NCBI RefSeq assembly: GCF_009914755.1
Contig: NC_060948.1
Direction: 5' to 3' (one strand)
Length of the DNA stretch: 64,000 bases
Source: the human T2T-CHM13v2.0 reference genome, Homo sapiens
Below are positions 12,701-27,400 of this stretch, piece by piece (position 1 is the stretch's first letter; each line of letters opens with the position of its first letter). The notes under the pieces were generated by a model, which ran no database searches, was not told where the DNA came from, and saw only the letters and a program-made list of their open reading frames with translations. A program made the position numbers and the translations under genes.

Positions 12701-14293
12701 GGATTCGAATGGAATGAAAAAGAATTGAATGGAATAGAACAGAATGGAATCAAATCGAATGAAATGGAATGGAATAGAAAGGAATGGAATGAAATGGAAT
12801 GGAAAGGATTCGAATGGAATGCAATCGAATGGAATGGAATCGAACGGAATGGAATAAAATGGAAGAAAACTGGCAAGAAATGGAATCGAAATGAATGGAG
12901 TGTTATGGAACGGACTCAAAAGGAATTGAATGTAATAGAATGGAGTGGAGTGGACTCGAATATAATGGACTGGAATGGAATGAAATCACATGGAATGGGA
13001 ACGAATGGAATGGAATGGAAAGGAATGGAATCGAATGGAAAGGAATCGAATGGAAGGGAATGAAATTGAATCAACAGGAATGGAAGGGAATAGAATAGAC
13101 GGTAATGGAATGGACTCGAATAGAATGGACACGAATGCTCAAATTAAATGGACTCGAATGGAATGGAAACGAAAAGAATGTCATCGAATGGAATTGAATC
13201 GATTGGAATGAAATCGCATAGAATGGAGTGGAATCAAATGGAATTGAATCGAAAGGAAAGGAAGCGAATGGACTGAAATGAAATGGAATGGAATTGAATG
13301 GAAAGTAATGCAATGGAATAGAATGGAACGAAATTTCACGGAATGGAATCAAACTGAATGGAATCAAATCAATGGAATCAAATCAAATGGAATGGAAAGG
13401 AATTGAATGGAGTAGATTGGATTGGATGGGATTGGAATGAAATGTACTGGAAAGGACTCGAATTTCATGAAACGGAATGGAATGAATTGGAACGGAATGG
13501 ACTCGAATGGAATGGAATGTCATGGAATGGCATCAAATGGAATGGCATCAAATGGAATGGAATCGAATGCAATGGAATGCTATGGAATGGAATGGAATGC
13601 ATTGGAATGGAATGTCCTCTAATGGAATGGATTCGAGTGGAATGGAATCGAATATAATGGAGTCGAATGAAATGGAATTGAAAGGAATGGGATCGAATAC
13701 AATGGAATATACTGGAATGTAATGTAATGAACTCGAATGTAATTGACTGGAATGGAATGTACATGAATGGAATGTAATCGAATGGAAAGTAATCCAATGG
13801 AATAGAATCTAATGCAATAAAATCGACTCAGATAGAGTAGAATGTAATGGAATGGAGTGCAGTGCAATGGAATGGAATGGAATGGAAAGCAATGGAATGG
13901 AATGGAATGGAATGGACTGGAATGGAATGGGATGGAATGGTATGGAATGGATAGTAATGGACTGGAGTGAAATGGACTGGAAAAGAATGGACTCAAATTG
14001 AAAGGGCTCGAAAGGAATGGAGTCAAATGGAATGGTCTGGAATGGAATGAACACGAATGTAATGCAATCCAATAGAATGGAATCGAATGGCATGGAATAT
14101 AAAGAAATGGAATCGAAGAGAATGGAAACAAATGGAATGGAATTGAATGGAATGGAATTGAATGGAATGGGAAGGAATGGAGTGAAATTGTATGCAGTAG
14201 AAGAGAATAGAATGGAATGCAAGCGAAAGGAAAGGAATGGATTGCAATGGAATGGAATTCATTGGAATGGAAGGGAATGTAGTGTAATGGACA
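6734..14293 (+). repeat. Composite block of one unit-equivalent plus two extra 2003-bp truncated units (7560 bp between canonical anchors)
   Basis: There is no canonical ACAGGCCT/EcoRI landmark between 6734 and the next one at ~14255-14294. The same junction occurs at 9993-10019 and 11996-12022, and the ORF track repeats at an offset of 2003. Confidence 0.9.
9175..13180 (+). repeat. Tandem duplication of a 2003-bp truncated DYZ1 variant (2 copies)
   Basis: Private variants recur at exactly +2003: GATGAGATT, GGACACGAAT, GTCGAATTAAAT, GGGACCGAAT, CTCTTTTAGAAT, a 1-bp deletion in GAATCAAAGG, and a new GGCC at 10388/12391. Boundaries are approximate (about +/-30 bp). Confidence 0.88.
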
Positions 14294-17200
14294 GGCCTGG
14301 AATAAAGTGGAATGCTACGGTCTCGAATGGAATAAAAATGTATGGAATGGAATGCAATGAAACGGAATCGAATGTCATAGAATGTAATGGAATGCAACAA
14401 AATGGAATCCAAAATCATTGACTGGAAAGGCTGGGTGTCGAAAGGAATTGACTCCAATGGAATGGAATCGAATGGAATGGAAGTGAATAGAATCGAACTA
14501 AATCGAATGGAATGGAATTGATAGGAACGGAATGGAAAGGAATGCAATGATTTGGCATGGAATGGAATCGAATGGCATCGAATGGAATGGAATGGAATGC
14601 AATGTAATGGAATGTATTAGAATGTAATGAACATTAATGGAATGTACTCGAATGGATTCGACTGGAATGGAATGTTCTGGAAGTGAATGCACTCCAATGG
14701 AATGGATTCGAAAGGAATGGAATCGAACGCAATGGAATCTAATGGAATGGAATTAAATGGAAATGAATCAAATTGAATAGCACGGAATTGAATTGAATGG
14801 AATCGAATGCAATGGAATCTAATGAAACGGAAAGGAAAGGAATGGAATGGAATGGAATGGGCTGGAATGGAAAGGAATCGAAACGAATGGAATGGAATCG
14901 AACTGAAGAGACTGGAATGGAATGCACTGGAATGGAAGGGATTGTAATGGAAGGTTCTCGAAAATAATGGAAGCAAATGGAATGGAATTGAATGGAACGG
15001 AATAGAGTCGAATGGAATTGAATGGAATGGAATGGACTAGAGTGAAATGGAATCGAACCACAAGGAATGGACAGGAATAGAATGGTCTCGAATTGAATGG
15101 AATCGTATGGAATGGCATCAAACGGAATGGAATGGACAGCCACGGAATGGAATGCACTCGAATGCAATGGAGTCGAAACTTATGGACTGGAATAGAATGG
15201 ACTCGACTGGTACGGACTCCAATGGAATGGAATCGAATGGAAGGGATTCGAACGGAATGGACTCGAAGGGAAAAGACTGCAATGGAAAGGTCTCGAATGG
15301 AATGGAAATTAATGGAATGGAATGGAATCGAATGAAATGGAGTCAAAAGGAATGGAATCGAATGGCAAGAAATCGAATGTAATGGAATCGCAAGGAATTG
15401 ATGTGAACGGAACGGAATGGAATGGAATCCAAAGGAATGGAATAGAATGGAATGGAATCGAATGGAAAGGACTCGAATGGAAATCACTCGAATAGAATGA
15501 AATTTAATAAAATGGGATCAAATGTAATTGAATGGAATGGAAAGGAATCGAAACGAAAGGAATGGAGACAGATGGAATGGAATGGAACAGAGAGCAATGG
15601 TATAGAATGGAATGGAATCATCTGGAATGGAATTGAATGGAATGGAATAATATGAAATGGAATGGAATGGAATGGAATGGAATGCCCTTGAATTAAATGG
15701 ACTGGAATGGAATGGACTCGAACAGAGTGGAATGGAAAGTGTTGAGATAGAATGGAATGGACTCCTTTGGAATGGTGTAGTATGCAATGCAATCGACTGG
15801 CAGGGAATCAAAAGGAATGTAATCGAATGGATTGGACTGGAATGCAATGGACTCGAATCGATTGGAAACGGAATGCAAAGGAATGGAATGGAATAGTATG
15901 GAATGGAATGGAAAGGAATGGAGTGGAATAGACTAGAGTGGAATGGAATGGACTGGAAAGCAATGGACTGGAATGGAACTTTCTTGAATGGACTGGAATC
16001 AAACGGAATGGAATGCAATGCAATCAAATGGCATGGAATAAAATAGAATGAAAGAGAATCAAATGGAATTGAATCGAATGGAATCGAATGGATTGGAAAG
16101 GAATAGAATGGAATGGAATGGAATTGACTCAAATGGAATGGACTAGAATGGAATGGATTCGAATGATAGGCAAAGGAATGGAATCTATTGGAATGGACTG
16201 TAATGGAATGGAATGGAAGGGATTGGAATGGACTCGAATGGAATGGACTGCAATAGAAAGGATTCGAATGGAATGAAAAAGAATTGAATGGAATAGAACA
16301 GAATGGAATCAAATCGAATGAAATGGAATGGAATAGAAAGGAATGGAATGAAATGGAATGGAAAGGATTCGAATGGAATGCAATCGAATGGAATGGAATC
16401 GAACGGAATGGAATAAAATGGAAGAAAACTGGCAAGAAATGGAATCGAAATGAATGGAGTGTTATGGAACGGACTCAAAAGGAATTGAATGTAATAGAAT
16501 GGAGTGGAGTGGACTCGAATATAATGGACTGCAATGGAATGAAATCACATGGAATGGGAACGAATGGAATGGAATGGAAAGGAATGGAATCGAATGGAAA
16601 GGAATCGAATGGAAGGGAATGAAATTGAATCAACAGGAATGGAAGGGAATAGAATAGACGGTAATGGAATGGACTCGAATAGAATGGACACGAATGCTCA
16701 AATTGAATGGACTCGAATGGAATGGAAACGAAAGGAATGTCATCGAATGGAATTGAATCGATTGGAATGAAATCGCATAGAATGGAGTGGAATCAAATGG
16801 AATTGAATCGAAAGGAAAGGAAGCGAATGGACTGAAATGAAATGGAATGGAATTGAATGGAAAGTAATGCAATGGAATAGAATGGAACGAAATTTCACGG
16901 AATGGAATCAAACTGAATGGAATCAAATCAATGGAATCTAATCAAATGGAATGGAAAGGAATTGAATGGAGTAGATAGGATTGGATGGGAATGGAATGAT
17001 ATGTACTGGAAAGGACTCGAATTTCATGAAACGGAATGGAATGAATTGGAACGGAATGGACTCGAATGGAATGGAATGTCATGGAATGGCATCAAATGGA
17101 ATGGCATCAAATGGAATGGAATCGAATGCAATGGAATGTTATGGAATGGAATGGAATGCATTGGAATGGAATGTCCTCTAATGGAATGGATTCGAGTGGA

Positions 17201-20200
17201 ATGGAATCGAATATAATGGAGTCGAATGAAATGGAATTGAAAGGAATGGGATCGAATACAATGGAATATACTGGAATGTAATGTAATGAACTCGAATGTA
17301 ATTGACTGGAATGGAATGTACATGAACGGAATGTAATCGAATGGAAAGCAATCCAATGGAATAGAATCTAATGCAATAAAACCGACTCAGATAGAGTAGA
17401 ATGTAATGGAATGGAGTGCAGTGCAATGGAATGGAATGGAATGGAATGCAATGGAATGGAATGGAATGGAATGGAATGGAATGGAATGGAATGGAATGGG
17501 ATGGAATGGTATGGAATGGATAGTAATGGACTGGAGTGAAATGGACTGGAAAGGAATGGACTCAAATTGAAAGGGCTCGAAAGGAATGGAGTCAAATGGA
17601 ATGGTCTGGAATGGAATGAACACGAATGTAATGCAATCCAATAGAATGGAATCGAATGGCATGGAATATAAAGAAATGGAATCGAAGAGAATGGAAACAA
17701 ATGGAATGGAATTGAATGGAATGGAATTGAATGGAATGGGAACGAATGGAGTGAAATTGTATGCAGTAGAAGGGAATAGAATGGAATGCAAGCGAAAGGA
17801 AAGGAATGGATTGGAATGGAATGGAATTCATTGGAATGGAAGGGAATGTAGTGTAATGGACAGGCCTGGAATAAAGTGGAATGCTACGGTCTCGAATGGA
17901 ATAAAAATGTATGGAATGGAATGCAATGAAACGGAATCGAATGTCATAGAATGTAATGGAATGCAACAAAATGGAATCCAAAATCATTGACTGGAAAGGC
18001 TGGGTGTCGAAAGGAATTGACTCCAATGGAATGGAATCGAATGGAATGGAAGTGAATAGAATCGAACTAAATCGAATGGAATGGAATTGATAGGAACGGA
18101 ATGGAAAGGAATGCAATGATTTGGCATGGAATGGAATCGAATGGCATCGAATGGAATGGAATGGAATGCAATGGAATGGAATGTATTAGAATGGAATGAA
18201 CTTTAATGGAATGTACTCGAATGGATTCGACTGGAATGGAAAGTTCTGAAAGTGAATGGACTCCAATGGAATGGATTCAAAAGGAATGGAATCGTACGGA
18301 ATGGAATCTAATGGAATGGAATTAAATGGAAGTGAATCAAATTCAATAGCACGGAATTGAATTGAATGGAATGGAATGCAATGGAATCTAATGAAACGGA
18401 AAGGAAAGGAATGGAATGGAATGGAATGGGCTGGAATGGAAAGGAATCGAAACGAATGGAATGGAATCGAACTGAAGAGACTGGAATGGAATGCACTGGA
18501 ATGGAAGGGAGTGTAATGGAAGGTTCTCGAAAAAAATGGAATCGAATGGAATGGAATTGAATGGAACGGAATAGAGTCGAATGGAATTGAATGGAATGGA
18601 ATGGACTAGAGTGAAATGGATTCGAACCACAAGGAATGGACAGGAATAGAATGGTCTCGAATTGAATGGAATCGTATGGAATGGCATCAAACGGAATGGA
18701 ATGGACAGCCACGGAATGGAATGCACTCGAATGCAATGGAGTCGAAACTAATGGACTGGAATAGAATGGACTCGACTGGTACGGACTCCAATGGAATGGA
18801 ATCGAATGGAAGGGAATCGAACGGAATGGACTCGAAGGGAAAAGACTGCAATGGAAAGGTCTCGAATGGAATGGAAATTAATGGAATGGAATGGAATCGA
18901 ATGAAATGGAGTCAAAAGGAATGGAATCGAATGGCAAGAAATCGAATGTAATGGAATCGCAAAGAATTGATGTGAACGGAACGGAATGGAATGGAATCCA
19001 AAGGAATGGAATAGAATGGAATGGAATCGAATGGAAAGGACTCGAATGGAAATCACTCGAATAGAATGCAATTTAATAAAATAGGATCAAATGTAATGGA
19101 ATGGAATGGAAAGGAATCGAAACGAAAGGAATGGAGACAGATGGAATGGAATGGAACAGAGAGCAATGGTATAGAATGGAATGGAATCATCTGGAATGGA
19201 ATTGAATGGAATGGAATAATATGAAATGGAATGGAATGGAATGGAATGGAATGCCCTTGAATTAAATGGACTGGAATGGAATGGACTCGAACAGAGTGGA
19301 ATGGAAAGTGTTGAGATAGAATGGAATGGACTCCTTTGGAATGGTGTAGTATGCAATGCAATCGACTGGCAGGGAATCAAAAGGAATGTAATCGAATGGA
19401 TTGGACTGGAATGCAATGGACTCGAATAGATTGGAAACGGAATGCAAAGGAATGGAATGGAATAGTATGGAATGGAATGGAAAGGAATGGAGTGGAATAG
19501 ACTAGAGTGGAATGGAATGGACTGGAAAGCAATGGACTGGAATGGAACTTTCTTGAATGGACTGGAATCAAACGGAATGGAATGCAATGCAATCAAATGG
19601 CATGGAATAAAATAGAATGAAAGAGAATCAAATGGAATTGAATCGAATGGAATCGAATGGATTGGAAAGGAATAGAATGGAATGGAATGGAATTGACTCA
19701 AATGGAATGGACTAGAATGGAATGGATTCGAATGGAAGGCAAAGGAATGGAATCTATTGGAATGGACTGTAATGGAATGGAATGGAAGGGATTGGAATGG
19801 ACTCGAATGGAATGGACTGCAATAGAAAGGATTCGAATGGAATGAAAAAGAATTGAATGGAATAGAACAGAATGGAATCAAATCGAATGAAATGGAATGG
19901 AATAGAAAGGAATGGAATGAAATGGAATGGAAAGGATTCGAATGGAATGCAATCGAATGGAATGGAATCGAACGGAATGGAATAAAATGGAAGAAAACTG
20001 GCAAGAAATGGAATCGAAATGAATGGAGTGTTATGGAACGGAGTCAAAAGGAATTGAATGTAATAGAATGGAGTGGAGTAGACTCGAATATAATGGACTG
20101 GAATGGAATGAAATCACATGGAATGGGAACGAATGGAATGGAATGGAAAGGAATGGAATCGAATGGAAAGGAATCGAATGGAAGGGAATGAAATTGAATC

Positions 20201-21431
20201 AACAGGAATGGAAGGGAATAGAATAGACTGTAATGGAATGGACTCGAATAGAATGGACACGAATGCTCAAATTGAATGGACTCGAATGGAATGGAAACGA
20301 AAGGAATGTCATCGAATGGAATTGAATCGATTGGAATGAAATCGCATAGAATGGAGTGGAATCAAATGGAATTGAATCGAAAGGAAAGGAAGCGAATGGA
20401 CTGAAATGAAATGGAATGGAATTGAATGGAAAGTAATGCAATGGAATAGAATGGAACGAAATTTCACGGAATGGAATCAAACTGAATGGAATCAAATCAA
20501 TGGAATCAAATCAAATGGAATGGAAAGGAATTGAATGGAGTAGATTGGATTGGATGGGATTGGAATGAAATGTACTGGAAAGGACTCGAATTTCATGAAA
20601 CGGAATGGAATGAATTGGAACGGAATGGACTCGAATGGAATGGAATGTCATGGAATGGCATCAAATGGAATGGAATCAAATGGAATGGAATCGAATGCAA
20701 TGGAATGCTATGGAATGGAATGGAATGCATTGGAATGGAATGTCCTCTAATGGAATGGATTCGAGTGGAATGGAATCGAATATAATGGAGTCGAATGAAA
20801 TGGAATTGAAAGGAATGGGATCGAATACAATGGAATATACTGGAATGTAATGTAATGAACTCGAATGTAATTGACTGGAATGGAATGTACATGAATGGAA
20901 TGTAATCGAATGGAAAGTAATCCAATGGAATAGAATCTAATGCAATAAAATCGACTCAGATAGAGTAGAATGTAATGGAATGGAGTGCAGTGCAATGGAA
21001 TGGAAAGGAATGGAATGCAATGGAATGGAATGGAATGGAATGGAATGGAATGGAATGGAATGGAATGGAATGGAATGGTGTGGAATGGATAGTAATGGAC
21101 TGGAGTGAAATGGACTGGAAAGGACTGGACTCAAATTGAAAGGGCTCGAAAGGAATGGAGTCAAATGGAATGGTCTGGAATGGAATGAACACGAATGTAA
21201 TGCAATCCAATAGAATGGAATCGAATGGCATGGAATATAAAGAAATGGAATCGAAGAGAATGGAAACAAATGGAATGGAATTGAGTGGAATGGAATTGAA
21301 TGGAATGGGAACGAATGGAGTGAAATTGTATGCAGTAGAAGAGAATAGAATGGAATGCAAGCGAAAGGAAAGGAATGGATTGGAATGGAATGGAATTCAT
21401 TGGAATGGAAGGGAATGTAGTGTAATGGACA
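14294..21431 (+). repeat. Two full-length DYZ1 units (3569 + 3569 bp)
   Basis: GGCC anchors at 14294, 17863 and 21432. Confidence 0.9.
21021..21075 (+). repeat. Pure (TGGAA)11 tract, the longest perfect pentamer run noticed
   Basis: Eleven uninterrupted TGGAA copies in the length-variable tract that follows GTGCAGTGCAAT. Confidence 0.8.
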
Positions 21432-24400
21432 GGCCTGGAATAAAGTGGAATGCTACGGTCTCGAATGGAATAAAAATGTATGGAATGGAATGCAATGAAA
21501 CGGAATCGAATGTCATAGAATGTAATGGAATGCAAAAAAATGGAATCCAAAATCATTGACTGGAAAGGCTGGGTGTCGAAAGGAATTGACTCCAATGGAA
21601 TGGAATCGAATGGAATGGAAGTGAATAGAATCGAACTAAATCGAATGGAATGGAATTGATAGGAACGGAATGGAAAGGAATGCAATGATTTGGCATGGAA
21701 TGGAATCGAATGGCATCGAATGGAATGGAATGTAATGCAATGGAATGGAATGTATTAGAATGTAATGAACTTTAATGGAATGTACTCGAATGGATTCGAC
21801 TGGAATGGAATGTTCTGGAAGTGAATGGACTCCAATGGAATGGATTCCAAAGGAATGGAATCGTACGGAATGGAATCTAATGGAATGGAATTAAATGGAA
21901 ATGAATCAAATTGAATAGCACGGAATTGAATTGAATGAAATGGAATGCAATGGAATCTAATGAAACGGAAAGGAAAGGAATGGAATGGAATGGAATGGGC
22001 TGGAATGGAAAGGAATCGAAACGAATGGAATGGAATCGAACTGAAGAGACTGGAATGGAATGCACTGGAATGGAAGGGAGTGTAATGGAAGGTTCTCGAA
22101 AAAAATGGAATCGAATGGAATGGAATTGAATGGAACGGAATAGAGTCGAATGGAATTGAATGGAATGGAATGGACTAGAGTGAAATGGAATCGAACCACA
22201 AGGAATGGACAGGAATAGAATGGTCTCGAATTGAATGGAATCGTATGGAATGGCATCAAACGGAATGGAATGGACAGCCACGGAATGGAATGCACTCGAA
22301 TGCAATGGAGTCGAAACTAATGGACTGGAATAGAATGGACTCGACTGGTACGGACTCCAATGGAATGGAATCGAATGGAAGGGAATCGAACGGAATGGAC
22401 TCGAAGGGAAAAGACTGCAATGGAAAGGTCTCGAATGGAATGGAAATTAATGGAATGGAATGGAATCGAATGAAATGGAGTCAAAAGTAATGGAATCGAA
22501 TGGCAAGAAATCGAATGTAATGGAATCGCAAGGAATTGATGTGAACGGAACGGAATGGAATGGAATCCAAAGGAATGGAATAGAATGGAATGGAATCGAA
22601 TGGAAAGGACTCGAATGGAAATCACTCGAATAGAATGCAATTTAATAAAATAGGATCAAATGTAATGGAATGGAATGGAAAGGAATCGAAACGAAAGGAA
22701 TGGAGACAGATGGAATGGAATGGAACAGAGAGCAATGGTATAGAATGGAATGGAATCATCTGGAATGGAATTGAATGGAATGGAATAATATGAAATGGAA
22801 TGGAATGGAATGGAATGGAATGGAATGCCCTTGAATTAAATGGACTGGAATGGAATGGACTCGAACAGAGTGGAATGGAAAGTGTTGAGATAGAATGGAA
22901 TGGACTCCTTTGGAATGGTGTAGTATGCAATGCAATCGACTGGTAGGGAATCAAAAGGAATGTAATCGAATGGACTGGACTGGAATGCAATGGACTCGAA
23001 TAGATTGGAAACGGAATGCAAAGGAATGGAATGGAATAGTATGGAATGGAATGGAAAGGAATGGAGTGGAATAGACTAGAGTGGAATGGAATGGACTGGA
23101 AAGCAATGGACTGGAATGGAACTTTCTTGAATGGACTGGAATCAAACGGAATGGAATGCAATGCAATCAAATGGCATGGAATAAAATAGAATGAAAGAGA
23201 ATCAAATGGAATTGAATCGAATGGAATCGAATGGATTGGAAAGGAATAGAATGGAATGGAATGGAATTGACTCAAATGGAATGGACTAGAATGGAATGGA
23301 TTCGAATGGAAGGCAAAGGAATGGAATCTATTGGAATGGACTGTAATGGAATGGAATGGAAGGGATTGGAATGGACTCGAATGGAATGGACTGCAATAGA
23401 AAGGATTCGAATGGAATGAAAAAGAATTGAATGGAATAGAACAGAATGGAATCAAATCGAATGAAATGGAATGGAATAGAAAGGAATGGAATGAAATGGA
23501 ATGGAAAGGATTCGAATGGAATGCAATCGAATGGAATGGAATCGAACGGAATGGAATAAAATGGAAGAAAACTGGCAAGAAATGGAATCGAAATGAATGG
23601 AGTGTTATGGAACGGACTCAAAAGGAATTGAATGTAATAGAATGGAGTGGAGTGGACTCGAATATAATGGACTGGAATGGAATGAAATCACATGGAATGG
23701 GAACGAATGGAATGGAATGGAAAGGAATGGAATCGAATGGAAAGGAATCGAATGGAAGGGAATGAAATTGAATCAACAGGAATGGAAGGGAATAGAATAG
23801 ACGGTAATGGAATGGACTCGAATAGAATGGACACGAATGCTCAATTTGAATGGACTCGAATGGAATGGAAACGAAAGGAATGTCATCGAATGGAATTGAG
23901 TCGATTGGAATGAAATCGCATAGAATGGAGTGGAATCAAATGGAATTGAATCGAAAGGAAAGGAAGCGAATGGACTGAAATGAAATGGAATGGAATTGAA
24001 TGGGAAGTAATGCAATGGAATAGAATGGAACGAAATTTCACGGAATGGAATCAAACTGAATGGAATCAAATCAATGGAATCTAATCAAATGGAATGGAAA
24101 GGAATTGAATGGAGTAGATTGGATTGGATGGGATTGGAATGAAATGTACTGGAAAGGACTCGAATTTCATGAAACGGAATGGAATGAATTGGAACGGAAT
24201 GGACTCGAATGGAATGGAATGTCATGGAATGGCATCAAATGGAATGGCATCAAATGGAATGGAATCGAATGCAATGGATTGTTATGGAATGGAATGGAAT
24301 GCATTGGAATGGAATGTCCTCTAATGGAATGGATTCGAGTGGAATGGAATCGAATATAATGGAGTCGAATGAAATGGAATTGAAAGGAATGGGATCGAAT

Positions 24401-27400
24401 AGAATGGAATATACTGGAATGTAATGTAATGAACTCGAATGTAATTGACTGGAATGGAATGTACATGAATGGAAGGTAATCGAATGGAAAGTAATCCAAT
24501 GGAATAGAATCTAATGCAATAAAACCGACTCAGATAGGGTAGAATGTAATGGAATGGAGTGCAGTGCAATGGAATGGAATGGAATTGAATGCAATGGAAT
24601 GGAATGGAATGGAATGGAATGGAATGGAATGGAATGGAATGGAATGGGATGGAATGGTATGGAATGGATAGTAATGGACTGGAGTGAAATGGACAGGAAA
24701 GGAATGGACTCAAATTGAAAGGGCTCGAAAGGAATGGAGTCAAATGGAATGGTCTGGAATGGAATGAACACGAATGTAATGCAATCCAATAGAATGGAAT
24801 CGAATGGCATGGAATATAAAGAAATGGATTCGAAGAGAATGGAAACAAATGGAATGGAATTGAATGGAATGGAATTGAATGGAATGGGAACGAATGGAGT
24901 GAAATTGTATGCAGTAGAAGGGAATAGAATGGAATGCAAGCGAAAGGAAAGGAATGGATTGGAATGGAATGGAATTCATTGGAATGGAAGGGAATGTAGT
25001 GTAATGGACAGGCCTGGAATAAAGTGGAATGCTACGGTCTCGAATGGAATAAAAATGTATGGAATGGAATGCAATGAAACGGAATCGAATGTCATAGAAT
25101 GTAATGGAATGCAACAAAATGGAATCCAAAATCATTGACTGGAAAGGCTGGGTGTCGAAAGGAATTGACTCCAATGGAATGGAATCGAATGGAATGGAAG
25201 TGAATAGAATCGAACTAAATCGAATGGAATGGAATTGATAGGAACGGAATGGAAAGGAATGCAATGATTTGGCATGGAATGGAATCGAATGGCATCGAAT
25301 GGAATAGAATGGAATGCAATGGAATGGAATGTATTAGAATGTAATGAACTTTAATGGAATGTACTCGAATGGATTCGACTGGAATGGAATGTTCTGGAAG
25401 TGAATGGACTCCAATGGAATGGATTCAAAAGGAATGGAATTGTACGGAATGGAATCTAATGGAATGGAATTAAATGGAAATGAATCAAATTGAATGGCAC
25501 GGAATTGAATTGAATGGAATGGAATGCAATGGAATCTAATGAAACGGAAAGGAAAGGAATGGAATGGAATGGAATGGGCTGGAATGGAAAGGAATCGAAA
25601 CGAATGGAATGGAATCGAACTGAAGAGACTGGAATGGAATGCACTGGAATGGAAGGGAGTGTAATGGAAGGTTCTCGAAAAAAATGGAATCGAATGGAAT
25701 GGAATTGAATGGAACGGAATAGAGTCGAATGGAATTGAATGGAATGGAATGGACTAGAGTGAAATGGAATCGAACCACAAGGAATGGACAGGAATAGAAT
25801 GGTCTCGAATTGAATGGAATCGTATGGAATGGCATCAAACGGAATGGAATGGACAGCCACGGAATGGAATGCACTCGAATGCAATGGAGTCGAAACTAAT
25901 GGACTGGAATAGAATGGACTCGACTGGTACGGACTCCAATGGAATGGAATCGAATGGAAGGGAATCGAACGGAATGGACTCGAAGGGAAAAGACTGCAAT
26001 GGAAAGGTCTCGAATGGAATGGAAATTAATGGAATGGAATGGAATCGAATGAAATGGAGTCAAAAGGAATGGAATCGAATGGCAAGAAATCGAATGTAAT
26101 GGAATCGCCAGGAATTGATGTGAACGGAACGGAATGGAATGGAATCCAAAGGAATGGAATAGAATGGAATGGAATCGAATGGAAAGGACTCGAATGGAAA
26201 TCACTCGAATAGAATGCAATTTAATAAAATAGGATCAAATGTAATGGAATGGAATGGAAAGGAATCGAAACGAAAGGAATGGAGACAGATGGAATGGAAT
26301 AGAACAGCGAGCAATGGTATAGAATGGAATGGAATCATCTGGAATGGAATTGAATGGAATGGAATAATATGAAATGGAATGGAATGGAATGGAATGGAAT
26401 GCCCTTGAATTAAATGGACTGGAATGGAATGGACTCGAACAGAGTGGAATGGAAAGTGTTGAGATAGAATGGAATGGACTCCTTTGGAATGGTGTAGTAT
26501 GCAATGCAATCGACTGGCAGGGAATCAAATGGAATGTAATCGAATGGATTGGACTGGAATGCAATGGACTCGAATAGATTGCAAACGGAATGCAAAGGAA
26601 TGGAATGGAATAGTATGGAATGGAATGGAAAGGAATGGAGTGGAATAGACTAGAGTGGAATGGAATGGACTGGAAAGCAATGGACTGGAATGGAACTTTC
26701 TTGAATGGACTGGAATCAAACGGAATGGAATGCAATGCAATCAAATGGCATGGAATAAAATAGAATGAAAGAGAATCAAATGGAATTGAATCGAATGGAA
26801 TCGAATGGATTGGAAAGGAATAGAATGGAATGGAATGGAATGGACTCAAATGGAATGGACTAGAATGGAATGGATTCGAATGGAAGGCAAAGGAATGGAA
26901 TCTATTGGAATGGACTGTAATGGAATGGAATGGAAGTGATTGGAATGGACTCGAATGGAATGGACTGCAATAGAAAGGATTCGAATGGAATGAAAAAGAA
27001 TTGAATGGAATAGAACAGAATGGAATCAAATCGAATGAAATGGAATGGAATAGAAAGGAATGGAATGAAATGGAATGGAAAGGATTCGAATGGAATGCAA
27101 TCGAATGGAATGGAATCGAACGGAATGGAATAAAATGGAAGAAAACTGGCAAGAAATGGAATCGAAATGAATGGAGTGTTATGGAACGGACTCAAAAGGA
27201 ATTGAATGTAATAGAATGGAGTGGAGTGGACTCGAATATAATGGACTGGAATGGAATGAAATCACATGGAATGGGAACGAATGGAATGGAATGGAAAGGA
27301 ATGGAATCGAATGGAAAGGAATCGAATGGAAGGGAATGAAATTGAATCAACAGGAATGGAAGGGAATAGAATAGACGGCAATGGAATGGACTCGAATAGA

